Translations under genes and position numbers: made by a program | Origin: Bryobacterales bacterium | Lineage (GTDB): Bacteria > Acidobacteriota > Terriglobia > Bryobacterales > Bryobacteraceae | NCBI GenBank assembly: GCA_025462945.1 | Contig: JAOAPO010000494.1 | Location: forward strand, 1-50,771 | Length of the DNA: 50,771 nucleotides | Reading direction: 5' to 3' | The notes under the pieces: model-generated | Databases searched by the model: none | Told to the model about the DNA's origin: nothing | Seen by the model: only the letters and a program-made list of their open reading frames with translations | In this document: in pieces, positions 19,077-29,700 of the stretch | Layout: every line of letters begins with the position of its first letter | How positions within the stretch are numbered: position 1 is the first letter of the stretch

Positions 19077-19257
19077 CGCGACTACATGCTGCTGACCTAT
19101 GGCCAGGCGCTCCCCGAATTGCATCGGTCCAGCTCCCTCACGGTCCCATCTCAGTAACTCGTTGCGTTCCTTTAAGAGCTGTGACCGTGAGGGAGCGGGA
19201 CCAGTGAAAACTTTGGGACGCGGCATTTGGATCGCGCCTTGCTATTCAGCTGACGCG
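19064..19257. repeat. Perfect 17-bp direct repeat (gctattcagctgacgcg at 19064..19080 and 19241..19257) flanking a 160-bp insert with a long inverted repeat
   Basis: Read directly from the sequence. The left copy carries the stop of the FAD oxidase and the right copy carries the stop (reverse strand) of pgl. Inverted-repeat arms are 19126..19145 and 19183..19202. Confidence 0.9.
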
Positions 19258-19937
19258 GTATCCAGAAACCAGATCATCTCCTGCGACGAAAGCATGGCGG
19301 GGCGCGCTGAATAGTCAATGGGTCCGTGAAGGACGTCGCGGAGAGCATCACGCTTGTCAGCACCGGTGACCAGGTTCAGAGTGAGCCTGGCACGTTCCAG
19401 AACTCCCGGTAGAAGCGTCACCCGGTACTGCCCGAACTTCTTCACCCACACCGCGGCCGCGATACCTGAGCGGTCTTCAATCAACGGTTCGCCCGGGAAC
19501 AGACTCGCCGTGTGGGAATCGGGTCCCATGCCACGCTGGATGACATCGAAAACAGGCGTGTCGCCCAGCACCGCGCGGATCTCATCCGCATAAGCTGCGG
19601 CGGCTTCGGCAGGTGGCAGTTCGGTCCGCACCCGGTGGATCTGGGCTGGCGCGAGCTGCAAAAAATCCAGCAGGGATTCGCGCATCATCCGGTAGTTGCT
19701 TTGCGAATCGGTGATGGGCACACAGCGCTCGTCCACCCAGAAGAGCTCAATGTCCTGCCAGTCGAAGGGCTGGCGCGCCATCCACTCGAACATGATGCGG
19801 GGCGTGCTGCCGCCAGACACAGCGAGGGTGGCACGCCGCCTGGCCTTCCGGGCAGCTTCCAGCGAGCTTAGAATTTCGCCACCGCAGGCTTCTGCGGCGG
19901 CACGGGCATCGGGCGAGACAACAATTTGGACGCTCAC
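19242..19937 (-). CDS. pgl: 6-phosphogluconolactonase
   Basis: LAVSGGSTP, FWVDERCVP, DSHTASLFPG motifs. 231 aa. 4-nt overlap with opcA. Confidence 0.85.
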   Translation of the reverse strand: MSVQIVVSPDARAAAEACGGEILSSLEAARKARRRATLAVSGGSTPRIMFEWMARQPFDWQDIELFWVDERCVPITDSQSNYRMMRESLLDFLQLAPAQIHRVRTELPPAEAAAAYADEIRAVLGDTPVFDVIQRGMGPDSHTASLFPGEPLIEDRSGIAAAVWVKKFGQYRVTLLPGVLERARLTLNLVTGADKRDALRDVLHGPIDYSARPAMLSSQEMIWFLDTASAE

Positions 19938-20872
19938 GCTGTGATCCGATTCAAAACGCGTTCGAAGATTTCGTCGTGCACAACAATTTTCAGTTCAGCA
20001 TTGAGCAACTCGTCTGCCGAGCCCACTGCCAGCGGCGCGTGCTGTTTCAGTTGCCCGATCTCAATTTCAGCGCACTCCGGCGTCAGGCAAATGGTAATCT
20101 CATCGTCCACGCGGACGACTGCCGGCACACCGGTTCCCTGCCCTCCGCTGCCCTTCAGCCTGACGACCGTATCCGGAAGCCCACTGGCGAGCCACGCTTC
20201 CAGATACCGTGTTTCGGCTCCGGCTTCGCGGCCCTCGTACTCAATGATGATGTTTTTAGGAACGCGGTCGCCGATCACCTGGGCGATCAGTGCACGCAGT
20301 TCAGTGATGCGGGTCCACGCGAGGTCGCCGGCAATGTGACCGGATTCGAGGAGCGCACCGAGTTCTCCGAAGCCCGGTGCGCCGGGCAGCGACGAATCGA
20401 CGATGATCTTATCCCCCAACCGGAGGATCTTACGGAGCGCACCCGCCCGCACAATGCGCGCGGAGCGAAGCAGGATCAGGCGCGGCAGATCCGGCACCGC
20501 CAGTGGGCCCACCACGGCAGCGACATCCTGCAGGTGGTTCATGGTGGCGCTGATTTCCACCTGCTCACAGCAAATCTGCTGGCGATGGCCGAAGGGTTTC
20601 CAGCACTGCGCGAAAACACGGGATTCGAGGAAGTCTTCGCCCTCGCGGAGCCTGACTACGATGGACCGGCTGGGGTGTTCGCGCATGAGCAGTGCCAGCG
20701 TTTCGCCCAGTGCCATAGCATCTTCCTCGTCGTCGACAAAGCTCACGAGGGTCATGGCGCAGGCGCGCAGGAGCCCGTCGCCATCGGCATCGGCTTCCGG
20801 CCTCGCGGTGTCTTTCCAGAGTTCAGCCAGTTGCTGCAGAATTCTGTCGGGTTTGATGACTTCGCACGACAT
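19934..20872 (-). CDS. opcA: Glucose-6-phosphate dehydrogenase assembly/allosteric protein OpcA
   Basis: 312-aa ORF between zwf and pgl. Length, position and general sequence character fit OpcA. Identification rests mainly on synteny. Confidence 0.6.
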   Translation of the reverse strand: MSCEVIKPDRILQQLAELWKDTARPEADADGDGLLRACAMTLVSFVDDEEDAMALGETLALLMREHPSRSIVVRLREGEDFLESRVFAQCWKPFGHRQQICCEQVEISATMNHLQDVAAVVGPLAVPDLPRLILLRSARIVRAGALRKILRLGDKIIVDSSLPGAPGFGELGALLESGHIAGDLAWTRITELRALIAQVIGDRVPKNIIIEYEGREAGAETRYLEAWLASGLPDTVVRLKGSGGQGTGVPAVVRVDDEITICLTPECAEIEIGQLKQHAPLAVGSADELLNAELKIVVHDEIFERVLNRITA

Positions 20873-22420
20873 TTACGGACGCCTCCATTCATGGCCCCAG
20901 CGGGCCAGCATCTCATCTGAAGCAGCCGGCCCCCAGCTGCCTGCCGCGTAGTTCGGGAAATCAAATTTCTGCGTGGACCAGTAGTCGAGAATCGGCTGCA
21001 CCGCGGTCCAACTCGCTTCCACCATGTCCTGCCGGGTGTAAAGCGTGGCATCACCGGTGATGGCGTCGAGCAGCAGGGTTTCGTAGGCGGACGGGGAACG
21101 TTCGCCGAAGCTGGAGCCGTAGTTGAAGTCCATTGAGACCGGACGAATCTGCATCCCGGAGCCCGGGCGTTTCGAGGCGAAGCGCAGCGAGATTCCTTCC
21201 TCTGGCTGAATGCGGAGGATCAGAACGTTGGGTAAGGCTTCCGCGCCGGCGGTGGCTTTGCGGAACATCGCGAGAGGCGCGGTACGGAACTGAATGGCGA
21301 TCTCGGTCACGCGCTTCGGGAGCGCTTTGCCCGTTCGGATATAAAACGGCACGCCGGACCAGCGCCAGTTATCTACCAGGAAGGTGACGGCTGCGTAAGT
21401 GTCGGTATGCGATTGCGGGTCGACACCGGTCTCCTGGCGAAAACCGGGAACCTGCTCGCTGCCCGAGCGGCCCGGACCGTACTGCCCTGCTACCGAATTT
21501 GCGGCAACCTGATCGGGCCGCATGATACGAATCGCACGGAGGAGCTTGGCGCGCTCGTCACGGACGGCGTCAGAGGTGAATGACGAAGCCGGTTCCATCG
21601 ATACCGTCGCCATCACCTGGAGCAGATGGTTCTGGATCATGTCGCGCAGCGCGCCAGCTTCCTGATAGTAAGCGCCGCGGCCTTCCACACCGATGGACTC
21701 GGCCGCAGTGATCTGCACGTGGTCTACATAGGTGCGGTTCCAGAGCGGTTCGAAGATGCCGTTGCCGAAGCGGAACGCCATGATGTTCTGGACCGTCTCT
21801 TTGCCAAGGTAATGGTCGATACGGTAGATATCACTCTCGCGGAAGACGGCCTGCAGCCTCGTATTCAGTTCACCGGCACTCTTCAGATCGTGGCCGAAGG
21901 GCTTTTCGATGACGATTCTGCGCCATGCGTCGGAATTGCCTTCAGGTGGGGTATTCAGATCCACTGACCCGAGGCCCTCCGCAATTTGCGCGTACTGGCT
22001 GGGCTGCGTCGAGAGATAGAAGAGCACGTTGCCGCCGGTTTGACGTTCCGCAGCGACGCCTTCCAGATGCTTCGCCAACTCACCATAAGAGGAGGGCTGC
22101 CCCACGTCACCGGCGATGTAGGTCAGGCCCTTCGCGAACGACAGCCACAGGTTTTCGTCGAATGGCGAGTCTTCGAGGTACTTCTTAACCGAGTGTTTCA
22201 TGCGGTCGCGGAAATCGTCGTCAGACATTGCGGTTCTGGAAACGCCGATCACGGCAAAGCCCGGAGCTAATCGGCCCTCGAACGCCAGCCGGTACAGTGC
22301 GGGCATCAGCTTGCGCTTCGTGAGATCGCCATTGGCGCCGTAAATGACGACAGCGCACGGCGGGGCTTTTCGGCTGAAGCGCAACGGGTCTTGCAGTCCT
22401 TCAAGGGGCATCAAGTCCAC
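20873..22420 (-). CDS. zwf: Glucose-6-phosphate 1-dehydrogenase
   Basis: VIYGANGDLTKRKLMPALY (NADP site), RIDHYLGKE (active site), EKPFGHDL. 515 aa. Confidence 0.92.
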   Translation of the reverse strand: MDLMPLEGLQDPLRFSRKAPPCAVVIYGANGDLTKRKLMPALYRLAFEGRLAPGFAVIGVSRTAMSDDDFRDRMKHSVKKYLEDSPFDENLWLSFAKGLTYIAGDVGQPSSYGELAKHLEGVAAERQTGGNVLFYLSTQPSQYAQIAEGLGSVDLNTPPEGNSDAWRRIVIEKPFGHDLKSAGELNTRLQAVFRESDIYRIDHYLGKETVQNIMAFRFGNGIFEPLWNRTYVDHVQITAAESIGVEGRGAYYQEAGALRDMIQNHLLQVMATVSMEPASSFTSDAVRDERAKLLRAIRIMRPDQVAANSVAGQYGPGRSGSEQVPGFRQETGVDPQSHTDTYAAVTFLVDNWRWSGVPFYIRTGKALPKRVTEIAIQFRTAPLAMFRKATAGAEALPNVLILRIQPEEGISLRFASKRPGSGMQIRPVSMDFNYGSSFGERSPSAYETLLLDAITGDATLYTRQDMVEASWTAVQPILDYWSTQKFDFPNYAAGSWGPAASDEMLARWGHEWRRP

Positions 22421-22449
22421 GTTAGCAAACGGAGCCGGCGTGGAATGCT

Positions 22450-22884
22450 CTACGTGTTTGGGGGGCGGGAGACTTCGATCTCGCGTGAGTCGTCATCGAG
22501 CGCGCGGAGACGGATTTCGATGCGATCGCGAGGCAGCAGCGAGGGGAACCGCTCAGCCCATTCGAGCAGTACCAGGTGGCCGGAGGCGAAGAGTTCATCG
22601 AGGCCAAGAGTTTCCACTTCGCGGACCTCATCGAGCCGATACAGATCGATGTGAAAGACAGGCTTTGCGGCAGCACCGTACTGGTGAATCAGGGTGAACG
22701 TGGGGCTTGAGACATCGTCGATTGCAGCCACGCCGCGCCCTTCCACAATGCCTTTGGTCAGGGTGGTCTTGCCTGCGCCCAGGTTCCCGATCAGGAGGAC
22801 GACACCGGAGAGTTCGCCCGCCAGTTCGCGGCCCAAAGCGATGGTGTCGTCTTCAGTGAGCGTTCGGTAGTTTCGTGATTCCAC
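22450..22884 (-). CDS. tsaE: tRNA t6A37 biosynthesis ATPase TsaE (YjeE)
   Basis: Walker A GNLGAGKTTLTKGI, SPTFTLIHQY, HIDLYRL. The track ORF (to 23061) overlaps nnr. There is no in-frame ATG after the nnr stop, so I place the start at GTG 22884 (VESRNYRTL..). The start is uncertain. Confidence 0.75.
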   Translation of the reverse strand: MESRNYRTLTEDDTIALGRELAGELSGVVLLIGNLGAGKTTLTKGIVEGRGVAAIDDVSSPTFTLIHQYGAAAKPVFHIDLYRLDEVREVETLGLDELFASGHLVLLEWAERFPSLLPRDRIEIRLRALDDDSREIEVSRPPNT

Positions 22885-24415
22885 GTATGCCTTCGGGAAA
22901 GTAGCGGAGCAGGTCAGTGGCGATAACGGGCTGTTCGCCGAGGTCGCTCGCGGCGAGTTCTCCGGCGCTGCCATGCAGGTAGACTGCGCCCGCGATGGCG
23001 TAATCCACGTCCGACGGGAACTGGCCAAGCAAGCCTGCCACCATGCCGGTGAGGATGTCACCGGTGCCCCCTGTAGCCATGGCGGGAGTGCCCGTCGGGT
23101 TCACCCAGACACGGCCATCAGGGAAACCGAGCAGCGTGCGTTCGCCTTTCAGGACAATGGTGGCCTGGCGCTCGGTGGACAGCTTCCGTGCGGCGGCAAT
23201 ACGATCCTGCTGGACGGTCGCAATCGTATCACCGGTGAGGCGGCTCATCTCGCCGGGATGCGGCGTGAGAACTCTGGGGTGTTCCAGCGGTGCATGCCAG
23301 TCGGACCCGGCGAGAGCATTGAGTGCGTCGGCGTCAACGACCAGCGGCCGGTCGAGTGCAGTGAACAGCCGGGCCACCAGTTCCGTGAGTCCCGCGGACT
23401 GGCCCAGGCCCGGGCCGACGGCGACCACGTTCCGCGCGCGGGACAGCTCGATGATTCGGTCGTATGCGGAGGCATCGATCAGGCCGTCATCCGTCTCTGG
23501 AAGTGCCTCCGTCATCAACTCAGGCGCGAAGGCGGCGATGGAGGCGAGCGCTGAAGCGGGGCAGGCGACAGTAACCAGACCGGCTCCGGATCGCAGTGCC
23601 GCCAGCGCACACATGGCCGCCGCGCCACTTTTGCCGCGTGAACCCGCAATGATCAGGACATGCCCGTAGCGTCCCTTGTTCCCGTCCCGAGGGCGGGGAG
23701 CGAAGAGGTGGCGGATGCTTTCGGGTGTCACAAGAGCAAGATCTATGGCCGGATCGTCCTCGAACAGAGCAGGGTTCGAACCGATCGGCGATATACGAAG
23801 ATCGCCCATCAGATTCGCGGCCGGTGCGAGAGCATGGCAAAGCTTCGGTGCGGTGAAAGTGACCGTCGCATGGGCGTGAACGTACTCTCCGGGGACGGCG
23901 CCGCTACTGCCCGAAAGACCCGAGGGGATGTCGACGGAAACCACCCTCGCCGCCGGGAATTTGGCGTTGATGAGCCGAATGGCATCGAGCGCCGGACCGC
24001 CAGCGGGACCGTTCAAACCCGTGCCGAGAACCGCGTCAACCACGAGCGTTGCGAGCCCCATTTCCGCCGTGATGGCAGGGGAGAGCTGAAGCCCGGCCGC
24101 AGTGAGCATCCGGAGATTTGCCGCTGCGTCGCCCGTCAATTCGGCCGTCTCGCAAGCCAGCAGAATCCAGAGCTTTTCGGGCCTGAAGCGAACGTGCAGA
24201 ATGCGCGCGACCGCCAGACCATCGCCCCCATTGCCGCCTTTGCCGCAGACCACGACGATCCGCTGCCGGGACACGGGCACGTACTTTTCCGCGATGTAAT
24301 CCACCACCGCATGCGCAGCATTTTCCATCAGAATCAGCCCCGGAATGCCCGCCGCGATGGTGGCCTGATCGACTGCCTTCATCTGAGCCGGTGTCAGCAC
24401 TTTGCAGGGTTTCAC
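22853..24415 (-). CDS. nnr: Bifunctional NAD(P)H-hydrate repair enzyme (epimerase + ADP-dependent dehydratase)
   Basis: 520 aa. N-terminal YjeF_N (VVCGKGGNGGDGLAVAR) and C-terminal carbohydrate-kinase domain (GHVLIIAGSRGKSGAA.., GGTGDILTG). The nnr-tsaE adjacency matches E. coli. Confidence 0.88.
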   Translation of the reverse strand: MKPCKVLTPAQMKAVDQATIAAGIPGLILMENAAHAVVDYIAEKYVPVSRQRIVVVCGKGGNGGDGLAVARILHVRFRPEKLWILLACETAELTGDAAANLRMLTAAGLQLSPAITAEMGLATLVVDAVLGTGLNGPAGGPALDAIRLINAKFPAARVVSVDIPSGLSGSSGAVPGEYVHAHATVTFTAPKLCHALAPAANLMGDLRISPIGSNPALFEDDPAIDLALVTPESIRHLFAPRPRDGNKGRYGHVLIIAGSRGKSGAAAMCALAALRSGAGLVTVACPASALASIAAFAPELMTEALPETDDGLIDASAYDRIIELSRARNVVAVGPGLGQSAGLTELVARLFTALDRPLVVDADALNALAGSDWHAPLEHPRVLTPHPGEMSRLTGDTIATVQQDRIAAARKLSTERQATIVLKGERTLLGFPDGRVWVNPTGTPAMATGGTGDILTGMVAGLLGQFPSDVDYAIAGAVYLHGSAGELAASDLGEQPVIATDLLRYFPEGIRGITKLPNAH

Positions 24416-26409
24416 GCCAGGCCTCTGGCAATCAGAACCGTCATGTCATCGGGAAGTTCCGGTGCGCCGCTCCAGAGCCGAACACTCTCGCGAACCCTGG
24501 CAACCATCTCCGGCAACTCGCACTTTTGGTTCTTCAGGACGATGTCAGCGAGACGCTCGATGCCAAACTCCTCACCGTAGGAGTTTTCCGGCTCGGTGAT
24601 GCCATCGGTGTAGGCGATGAGAAGATCACCGGCGGCAATACCGACCGTCCTCTCTTCGTATGAAACGGACGGAAACATGCCAATCACAGTGCCGGTGACC
24701 TCAAGCGGCGAGATATTGCCGGACGAGATCAGGAGGGGCGACAGATGCCCCGCGTTCGTGTAACGGAGAATGCGAGAGGTGTCGTCATACACGCCGAAGA
24801 AGAACGTCGCGTATTTCTCTGACGACGTATTTGCGTAGAGCTGACGGCTCAGTTGCTCCACAATGGTAGCGGTGGAGAAATGGCCGTCGACAGCGCCTTC
24901 ACGGATCAGACCAGCTACCAGCTGCGTCCGCATGATGGACTGGATGGAGGCCATCAGCAGCGCGGCAGAGATGCCTTTGCCTGCCACGTCGCCGATCGCC
25001 AGAGCGAGGTTGCCGCTGGGCAGGCGCAGGTAGTCGTAGTAATCGCCGGAGACGGACCGGGCCGGTTCGCAGGTACCGAGCAGTTGGATGGTCTGCATCA
25101 GCGGAGCAGAGAGCGGGAACAGGCGCGACTGGACCTCGGTCGCGATCGAAACCTCTGACTGCAGGCGCTCTTTTTCTTTGGCAACTTCCACTAGCCCGCT
25201 CAGTTGCTGCGTCATCTTGTTGAATGAATCGCCGAGGTCCGCGAGTTGATCGGTACCCTTGACGGGAACGCGCGCTGTGAAGTCCCCCAGACCGATCCGA
25301 ACGGTGCCCTGATACAGGTTGTGGACTGCGCCGGTGATGGTGCGTGTCATCGAGATCCCGATGACTACGGAGATCAGTTCCACGAAGGCAAGAAGCCCTA
25401 CGACGCCGATGAACGCATAGAGCGTTTTTTCCGCAAACTCAAAATGCCCGCTGAACACCGTCGCCAGCACCGCGGAAGTGCGGGTCGTGACCTCGATTCC
25501 GATCTGACGACGGACGTTCGGCTGCGTCCATTCGGCCACTTCAATTTCATTCACCCACCAGAAAGGGCGGTCGAGAATCCCATATTGCGCAGGAACCGCG
25601 CCGGCGACGCTCGGGGTGAAATCGACATCGCGGTCCCCAAACCGGACGGCTTTGGATGTCCGGGATTGAACGCGGATACCTTTGTCCGGAGCCGGATCTT
25701 CCAGCGTACCGGCTACGCCTTCCGGGAAGTTATAGATGCTGATTTCACCGATTCCCGGGATCAGGTTGGATAGGGCGGGCCCACCCAGTGGCGCCAGCAG
25801 CAGCGCCTCGGTTTCGCCATTTCTCGCGAATCCCATCAGGTAGTACCTGCCATTGCGGCGGACGACTCCGGTGTAGTCCGTCCACTCTTTCGGCGGAGGT
25901 TCCAGTTTCGTGCCTTCGGGGAAGTTCAAGCCTCCCGCTCCGGTTACAACAATCTCGACCCCGGGAACTTTGTCGCGCAGCAGCGGCACCAGCCCGGCAG
26001 CTACAGCGGCGCGTTCAGAAGGCCGTGCGCGCGCCAGAAATCGCGCCGGATTCTCGAGCATGCCCGCCCGGCGCGTAAGTTCCGATGTAACGAGGTAGGT
26101 TGCCACCTGGCCGACCACAATCCATGCCCCCAGAAACGAGAGAACAAGGATCAACAGGATGGGCACCCCGCCGATGAAGACATACGTCACCATGAGCCGG
26201 TTGCGGAGGCGCCAGATGATCGTGGACTTCCGGAACAGAGCTTTCAGGCCGCTCACCAGGCCGTAGAAAATCAGACCGAATGCGAGCAGAACAGCCAGGC
26301 CGCCAATGCCCTTCCAGGCAAACAAAATTACATCGAGCGCAATCAGCGCAAGCAGGACGCGTTTTCGGGTGAACTTGCCAGGTGCCTTCGCGGGAGGCGG
26401 CTCAGGCAA
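24412..26409 (-). CDS. Membrane sensor with HAMP domain and PP2C/SpoIIE-type serine phosphatase (RsbU-like)
   Basis: 665 aa. N-terminal TM helices, an extracytoplasmic segment, a second TM, a HAMP-like linker (..[40 protein letters not shown]), and PPM motifs [22 protein letters not shown]. Confidence 0.8.
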   Translation of the reverse strand: MPEPPPAKAPGKFTRKRVLLALIALDVILFAWKGIGGLAVLLAFGLIFYGLVSGLKALFRKSTIIWRLRNRLMVTYVFIGGVPILLILVLSFLGAWIVVGQVATYLVTSELTRRAGMLENPARFLARARPSERAAVAAGLVPLLRDKVPGVEIVVTGAGGLNFPEGTKLEPPPKEWTDYTGVVRRNGRYYLMGFARNGETEALLLAPLGGPALSNLIPGIGEISIYNFPEGVAGTLEDPAPDKGIRVQSRTSKAVRFGDRDVDFTPSVAGAVPAQYGILDRPFWWVNEIEVAEWTQPNVRRQIGIEVTTRTSAVLATVFSGHFEFAEKTLYAFIGVVGLLAFVELISVVIGISMTRTITGAVHNLYQGTVRIGLGDFTARVPVKGTDQLADLGDSFNKMTQQLSGLVEVAKEKERLQSEVSIATEVQSRLFPLSAPLMQTIQLLGTCEPARSVSGDYYDYLRLPSGNLALAIGDVAGKGISAALLMASIQSIMRTQLVAGLIREGAVDGHFSTATIVEQLSRQLYANTSSEKYATFFFGVYDDTSRILRYTNAGHLSPLLISSGNISPLEVTGTVIGMFPSVSYEERTVGIAAGDLLIAYTDGITEPENSYGEEFGIERLADIVLKNQKCELPEMVARVRESVRLWSGAPELPDDMTVLIARGLA

Positions 26410-27745
26410 TCAGTGCCCCGAGCTTCTTCGTCGCGGTCGGAAAACGTCCGACGTTGGCGCCGAGAATGTCGTCGGCAACCGTGGAATACAGATCCCCGAT
26501 GGTGCCCATGACTTTCGTGTGAGTACCGGTTACCAGTTTGCCCGCGTGGCCCGCAACGATCATCGCCATCCCAGACGCCTTGTGCGGGTTCGCTTCCGCA
26601 TGCTCGTGCGTGTAGACGAGACAGGTGCGGTCCAGAACATTGCCCGCGCCTTCCGGCGTGGATTTGAGCTTCGCCAGCAGATAGGCAAACTCCTCCGCGT
26701 GCCATCTGGTGATGTCGCGCAGAATGCGCTGGCCGTTCGGACCGTCGCTCCCGGGAGCCTTGCCGTCGGCGTGAGTGTAATCGTGGTGGCGTGCGGCAGT
26801 GAGTCCAAGCCAGGGGAATCGGGCCAGGCCCTGACCACGGGTCAACATGTACGAAGCGACGCGGGTCTGGCGAGTCACCAAAGCGCTGGCCAGCAGATCG
26901 CTTTGCAGACGGGCAATCTTCGGCCAGTCTTTCATGTCGCCGTCGTATTGCGGCGGGTCGATGCGGCGATAGTTGGCCGGGAGTCCGGTGATGGCGCGTT
27001 CCATATCGCGAACGGCGGAAAGGTGCTCGTCAACGCGGTGTGCGTCGTCTTTCGATAAAGTCTTCCGAAGGTGAACAGAGTCTTCTCGTACTGTGTCGAG
27101 AATGCTGCGGCGGCGGTTCACCCAGCCCTCTTCATGCGTGCCGAAGAGTCGATCAAAAAGCCGGTTCGGCAGCATCTCCGACGGCAGCGGTCGGTCGAAA
27201 CCAGCCCAGCTCATATTGCGCTGGATACTCTCGCCGAACGACTCCTGAGACACGCCGATCTGAAGCGAACGGAACCGCGACTCGCCGCCGATCTTGTTGG
27301 CCACGATCTGGTCGAAAGACGGTCCTCCGGCACCATGGCCGGTGAATGGGGTGCAGCTGACCACTCCGCTGATCGCCTTGTGGTGCCCGTTGCCCGGTCC
27401 GGGGTTGGTGGCTGTCGAGTTGTCCAGACCGGTCACCACATGGATGTCATTGCGGAACGGAGCGAGGGGTGCGAGGCAGGGGGTGAGGGCGAAATCGGGG
27501 CCGGTCTCAGCAGGAATCCAGTACCGCTCCGGGATGCCGTTGCCGTTGAACCAGAACACCAGCCGTGATTCGATTGGCTTTTCGGTGCTGGCAGTCGCCC
27601 CGTCCGCTGCCCACGCGGTGCCGTGAGAGTTCAGCATCCCCACCAGCGGAGGCAGGCCGATGCGGACCGCGGCACCCGCCATGGTGGCGCCGCTGAGGAA
27701 CCGTCGGCGCGAAACTCGGACTCGTTCAGTTATTAGGTTCGGCAT
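26402..27745 (-). CDS. DUF1552 domain protein with twin-arginine signal
   Basis: [15 protein letters not shown] Tat motif. 447 aa. It pairs with the upstream DUF1592-type protein, as is usual for this family. 20-nt overlap upstream and 8-nt overlap downstream. Confidence 0.65.
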   Translation of the reverse strand: MPNLITERVRVSRRRFLSGATMAGAAVRIGLPPLVGMLNSHGTAWAADGATASTEKPIESRLVFWFNGNGIPERYWIPAETGPDFALTPCLAPLAPFRNDIHVVTGLDNSTATNPGPGNGHHKAISGVVSCTPFTGHGAGGPSFDQIVANKIGGESRFRSLQIGVSQESFGESIQRNMSWAGFDRPLPSEMLPNRLFDRLFGTHEEGWVNRRRSILDTVREDSVHLRKTLSKDDAHRVDEHLSAVRDMERAITGLPANYRRIDPPQYDGDMKDWPKIARLQSDLLASALVTRQTRVASYMLTRGQGLARFPWLGLTAARHHDYTHADGKAPGSDGPNGQRILRDITRWHAEEFAYLLAKLKSTPEGAGNVLDRTCLVYTHEHAEANPHKASGMAMIVAGHAGKLVTGTHTKVMGTIGDLYSTVADDILGANVGRFPTATKKLGALIA

Positions 27746-29666
27746 TGGCCACCATCATCGACATTATAAGGTTTTGGAAGCGAAATCCGGAGGTACGGAA
27801 ATCCTCAAAGACGCGGCGGATGAGCGGGCGGTCGGCCACGGTCTCCATACGGCCCGAAACGTAGCGAAAGTATTGCAGGACGACGCACTGCTGGCAGACC
27901 TCGTTGCCGGCGAGAATCTTGCCCAATTCAACGGGCGAAGTGAAGTTGCCGTTGGGAATGCCTTCCACTTTCGCTGAGGTGTCGAGGTCAATCTGAATCT
28001 TCTTCGCGGAGGGCTTGCGCTTCTCCCCCTCACCTTCGATGAAGTTCAGTTCCAGCTTTTCGCGGCGCTGCCCGATGGCATCGAACTTTTCAAAACCGAA
28101 CCCAATCGGGTCGATCAGTGAATGGCAGCGTGCGCAGGTCTCGTTCCGTGTGTGTTCGCCCAGACGGTCCCGGTTCGTCATCGGGCGCTCGGGAGTAGCT
28201 TCCGGCAGGTTCGTATTGACGCCGGGCGGCGGGTCGGGAACGTGCTGGCAGAGGAACTGTTCACGAACAAAGAGTCCGCGTGCCGTGGGCGCTGTCTCGT
28301 CGGGCTTCGAGGTGAGCGAGAGGAACAGAGCCTGGCCGAGCAGGCCGGAACGCTCGGATGTCGGCGGGAAAGCCACGCGGTCGTAGTCGTTAGGAGGCGC
28401 AGGGATGCCATAGATTTTCGCCAGCCCGCCATTCGGATAGCTGTACTCGCCGGTGAAAATCTCCATGAAGTTCCGGTTATTCCAGACGAGGTCGGAGATG
28501 AAGTGGCGAGCTTCCTGGGTCATGGCGAACAGGGTGTCTGCCGAAAACTCGCGGAAGCGGTTGCGATCTTTGGTGGCGGAGAGATTGCGGTCGAAGCGCA
28601 GCCATTGGGACACGAAATCATCGAGGGCTTCGTGGGCCTTCGGGTCTCGCAGCATCCGCTGGACCTGCTTTTGAACTCCTGCCGGCGCGTTTAGTTCGCC
28701 GTTCGCCGCGGCCGAGAAAAGCTCCGCATCGGGCATAGAGTCCCACAGCGCGTAAGACAGACGGCTGGCCGTTGCCCAGGATTTCAGACCGGGTTCGGGA
28801 GCCGCATCGAGCCGAAACAGGAACGCCGGCGACTGGAGCATCGCTTCCAGAACGATCCGCACGCCGTCAGAGAAGTTCGGCTGACGGGCGGCGAGTTTCG
28901 AGTATCGCGCGAATTCGACAGCATCGAGCGGTCTGCGGAAGGCGCGTTGACCGAACGTGCGAACGAATGTGTCGCGGCAGGCAACCGACGGCTTGCACGA
29001 CACCAGATGTTGGGGCAGACCATTGCGAAACGCAGCCGCCGTCAGTCTGGCAGCAGCCCCGGCGTAGGCATCGAGCAGGATCGGCGAGAGGTTCTGCGAT
29101 TCGTACTGGTTGCGGAAGCCGTTCACGAAATCTTCCTGCGGGAATTGAGTGGCCGGCATGCTCCGCTCATTCAGCAGGTCGCGAACGGTGTTGTTGTACT
29201 GGCTGTTCGTGAGGCGGCGCAGGGCCACGGACGGGCGTTTCGACAAACCCGCAGGCGCATCGGAGCTAAATTGTTTGGCTTTGGCGACCTCGGCGGGCGT
29301 GAGTGTGGAAAGTTGCGTTATCCATGCGCGAAGGTTGGCTTCCTCGGGGCTGTCCGGCTTGATCCGCTGCCCGCCAGCGTGGCGCACCCGATTCGTCGGC
29401 TTTTGTAAGAGCAGCGATTGCGCGGGGCTCGCCGGGTCAACCAGCGACACCAGCGACTGGCCGAAAGCGTTAATCCGATCCGGAGCGGCACCGGTCTCGG
29501 GAAAGCGAAGTCGAGTGGTCGAGGCGACACCTTCCTGCGTATGGCAGCCTCGGCAGCCGGCAGCTTCGAACACTGGATACAGGTCGCGCGCGAAGTCGGC
29601 GGCGCTGGCGGACAGGGCAAGCGCGCTCAGAATCAAGCTGGCCCGCAAGATCGCTCGGTCAGGCAT
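27726..29666 (-). CDS. DUF1592/DUF1588/DUF1585-type multi-domain exported protein with two CxxCH haem-binding motifs
   Basis: Start placed at ATG 29666 ([22 protein letters not shown]). The longer track ORF would overlap the divergent gene at 29701. CRGCH lies near the N-terminus and CARCH in the C-terminal third. Domain assignment is from memory of the planctomycete-type families. Confidence 0.65.
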   Translation of the reverse strand: MPDRAILRASLILSALALSASAADFARDLYPVFEAAGCRGCHTQEGVASTTRLRFPETGAAPDRINAFGQSLVSLVDPASPAQSLLLQKPTNRVRHAGGQRIKPDSPEEANLRAWITQLSTLTPAEVAKAKQFSSDAPAGLSKRPSVALRRLTNSQYNNTVRDLLNERSMPATQFPQEDFVNGFRNQYESQNLSPILLDAYAGAAARLTAAAFRNGLPQHLVSCKPSVACRDTFVRTFGQRAFRRPLDAVEFARYSKLAARQPNFSDGVRIVLEAMLQSPAFLFRLDAAPEPGLKSWATASRLSYALWDSMPDAELFSAAANGELNAPAGVQKQVQRMLRDPKAHEALDDFVSQWLRFDRNLSATKDRNRFREFSADTLFAMTQEARHFISDLVWNNRNFMEIFTGEYSYPNGGLAKIYGIPAPPNDYDRVAFPPTSERSGLLGQALFLSLTSKPDETAPTARGLFVREQFLCQHVPDPPPGVNTNLPEATPERPMTNRDRLGEHTRNETCARCHSLIDPIGFGFEKFDAIGQRREKLELNFIEGEGEKRKPSAKKIQIDLDTSAKVEGIPNGNFTSPVELGKILAGNEVCQQCVVLQYFRYVSGRMETVADRPLIRRVFEDFRTSGFRFQNLIMSMMVANAEPNN

Positions 29667-29700
29667 CACTCGATCATAACGGGTTGAGATTATAGGAGCC

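Noticed and set aside
19126-19202. Long inverted repeat between the FAD oxidase and pgl as a bidirectional intrinsic terminator
   Set aside because: The 37-nt loop and the lack of a U-tract on either strand do not fit a canonical terminator. I kept it as part of the insert finding instead.
22885-23061. Upstream extension of the tsaE ORF
   Set aside because: It overlaps the well-supported nnr frame. Its translation (..SPAWWQACLASSRRTW..) is non-homologous, and the resulting TsaE would be far longer than normal.
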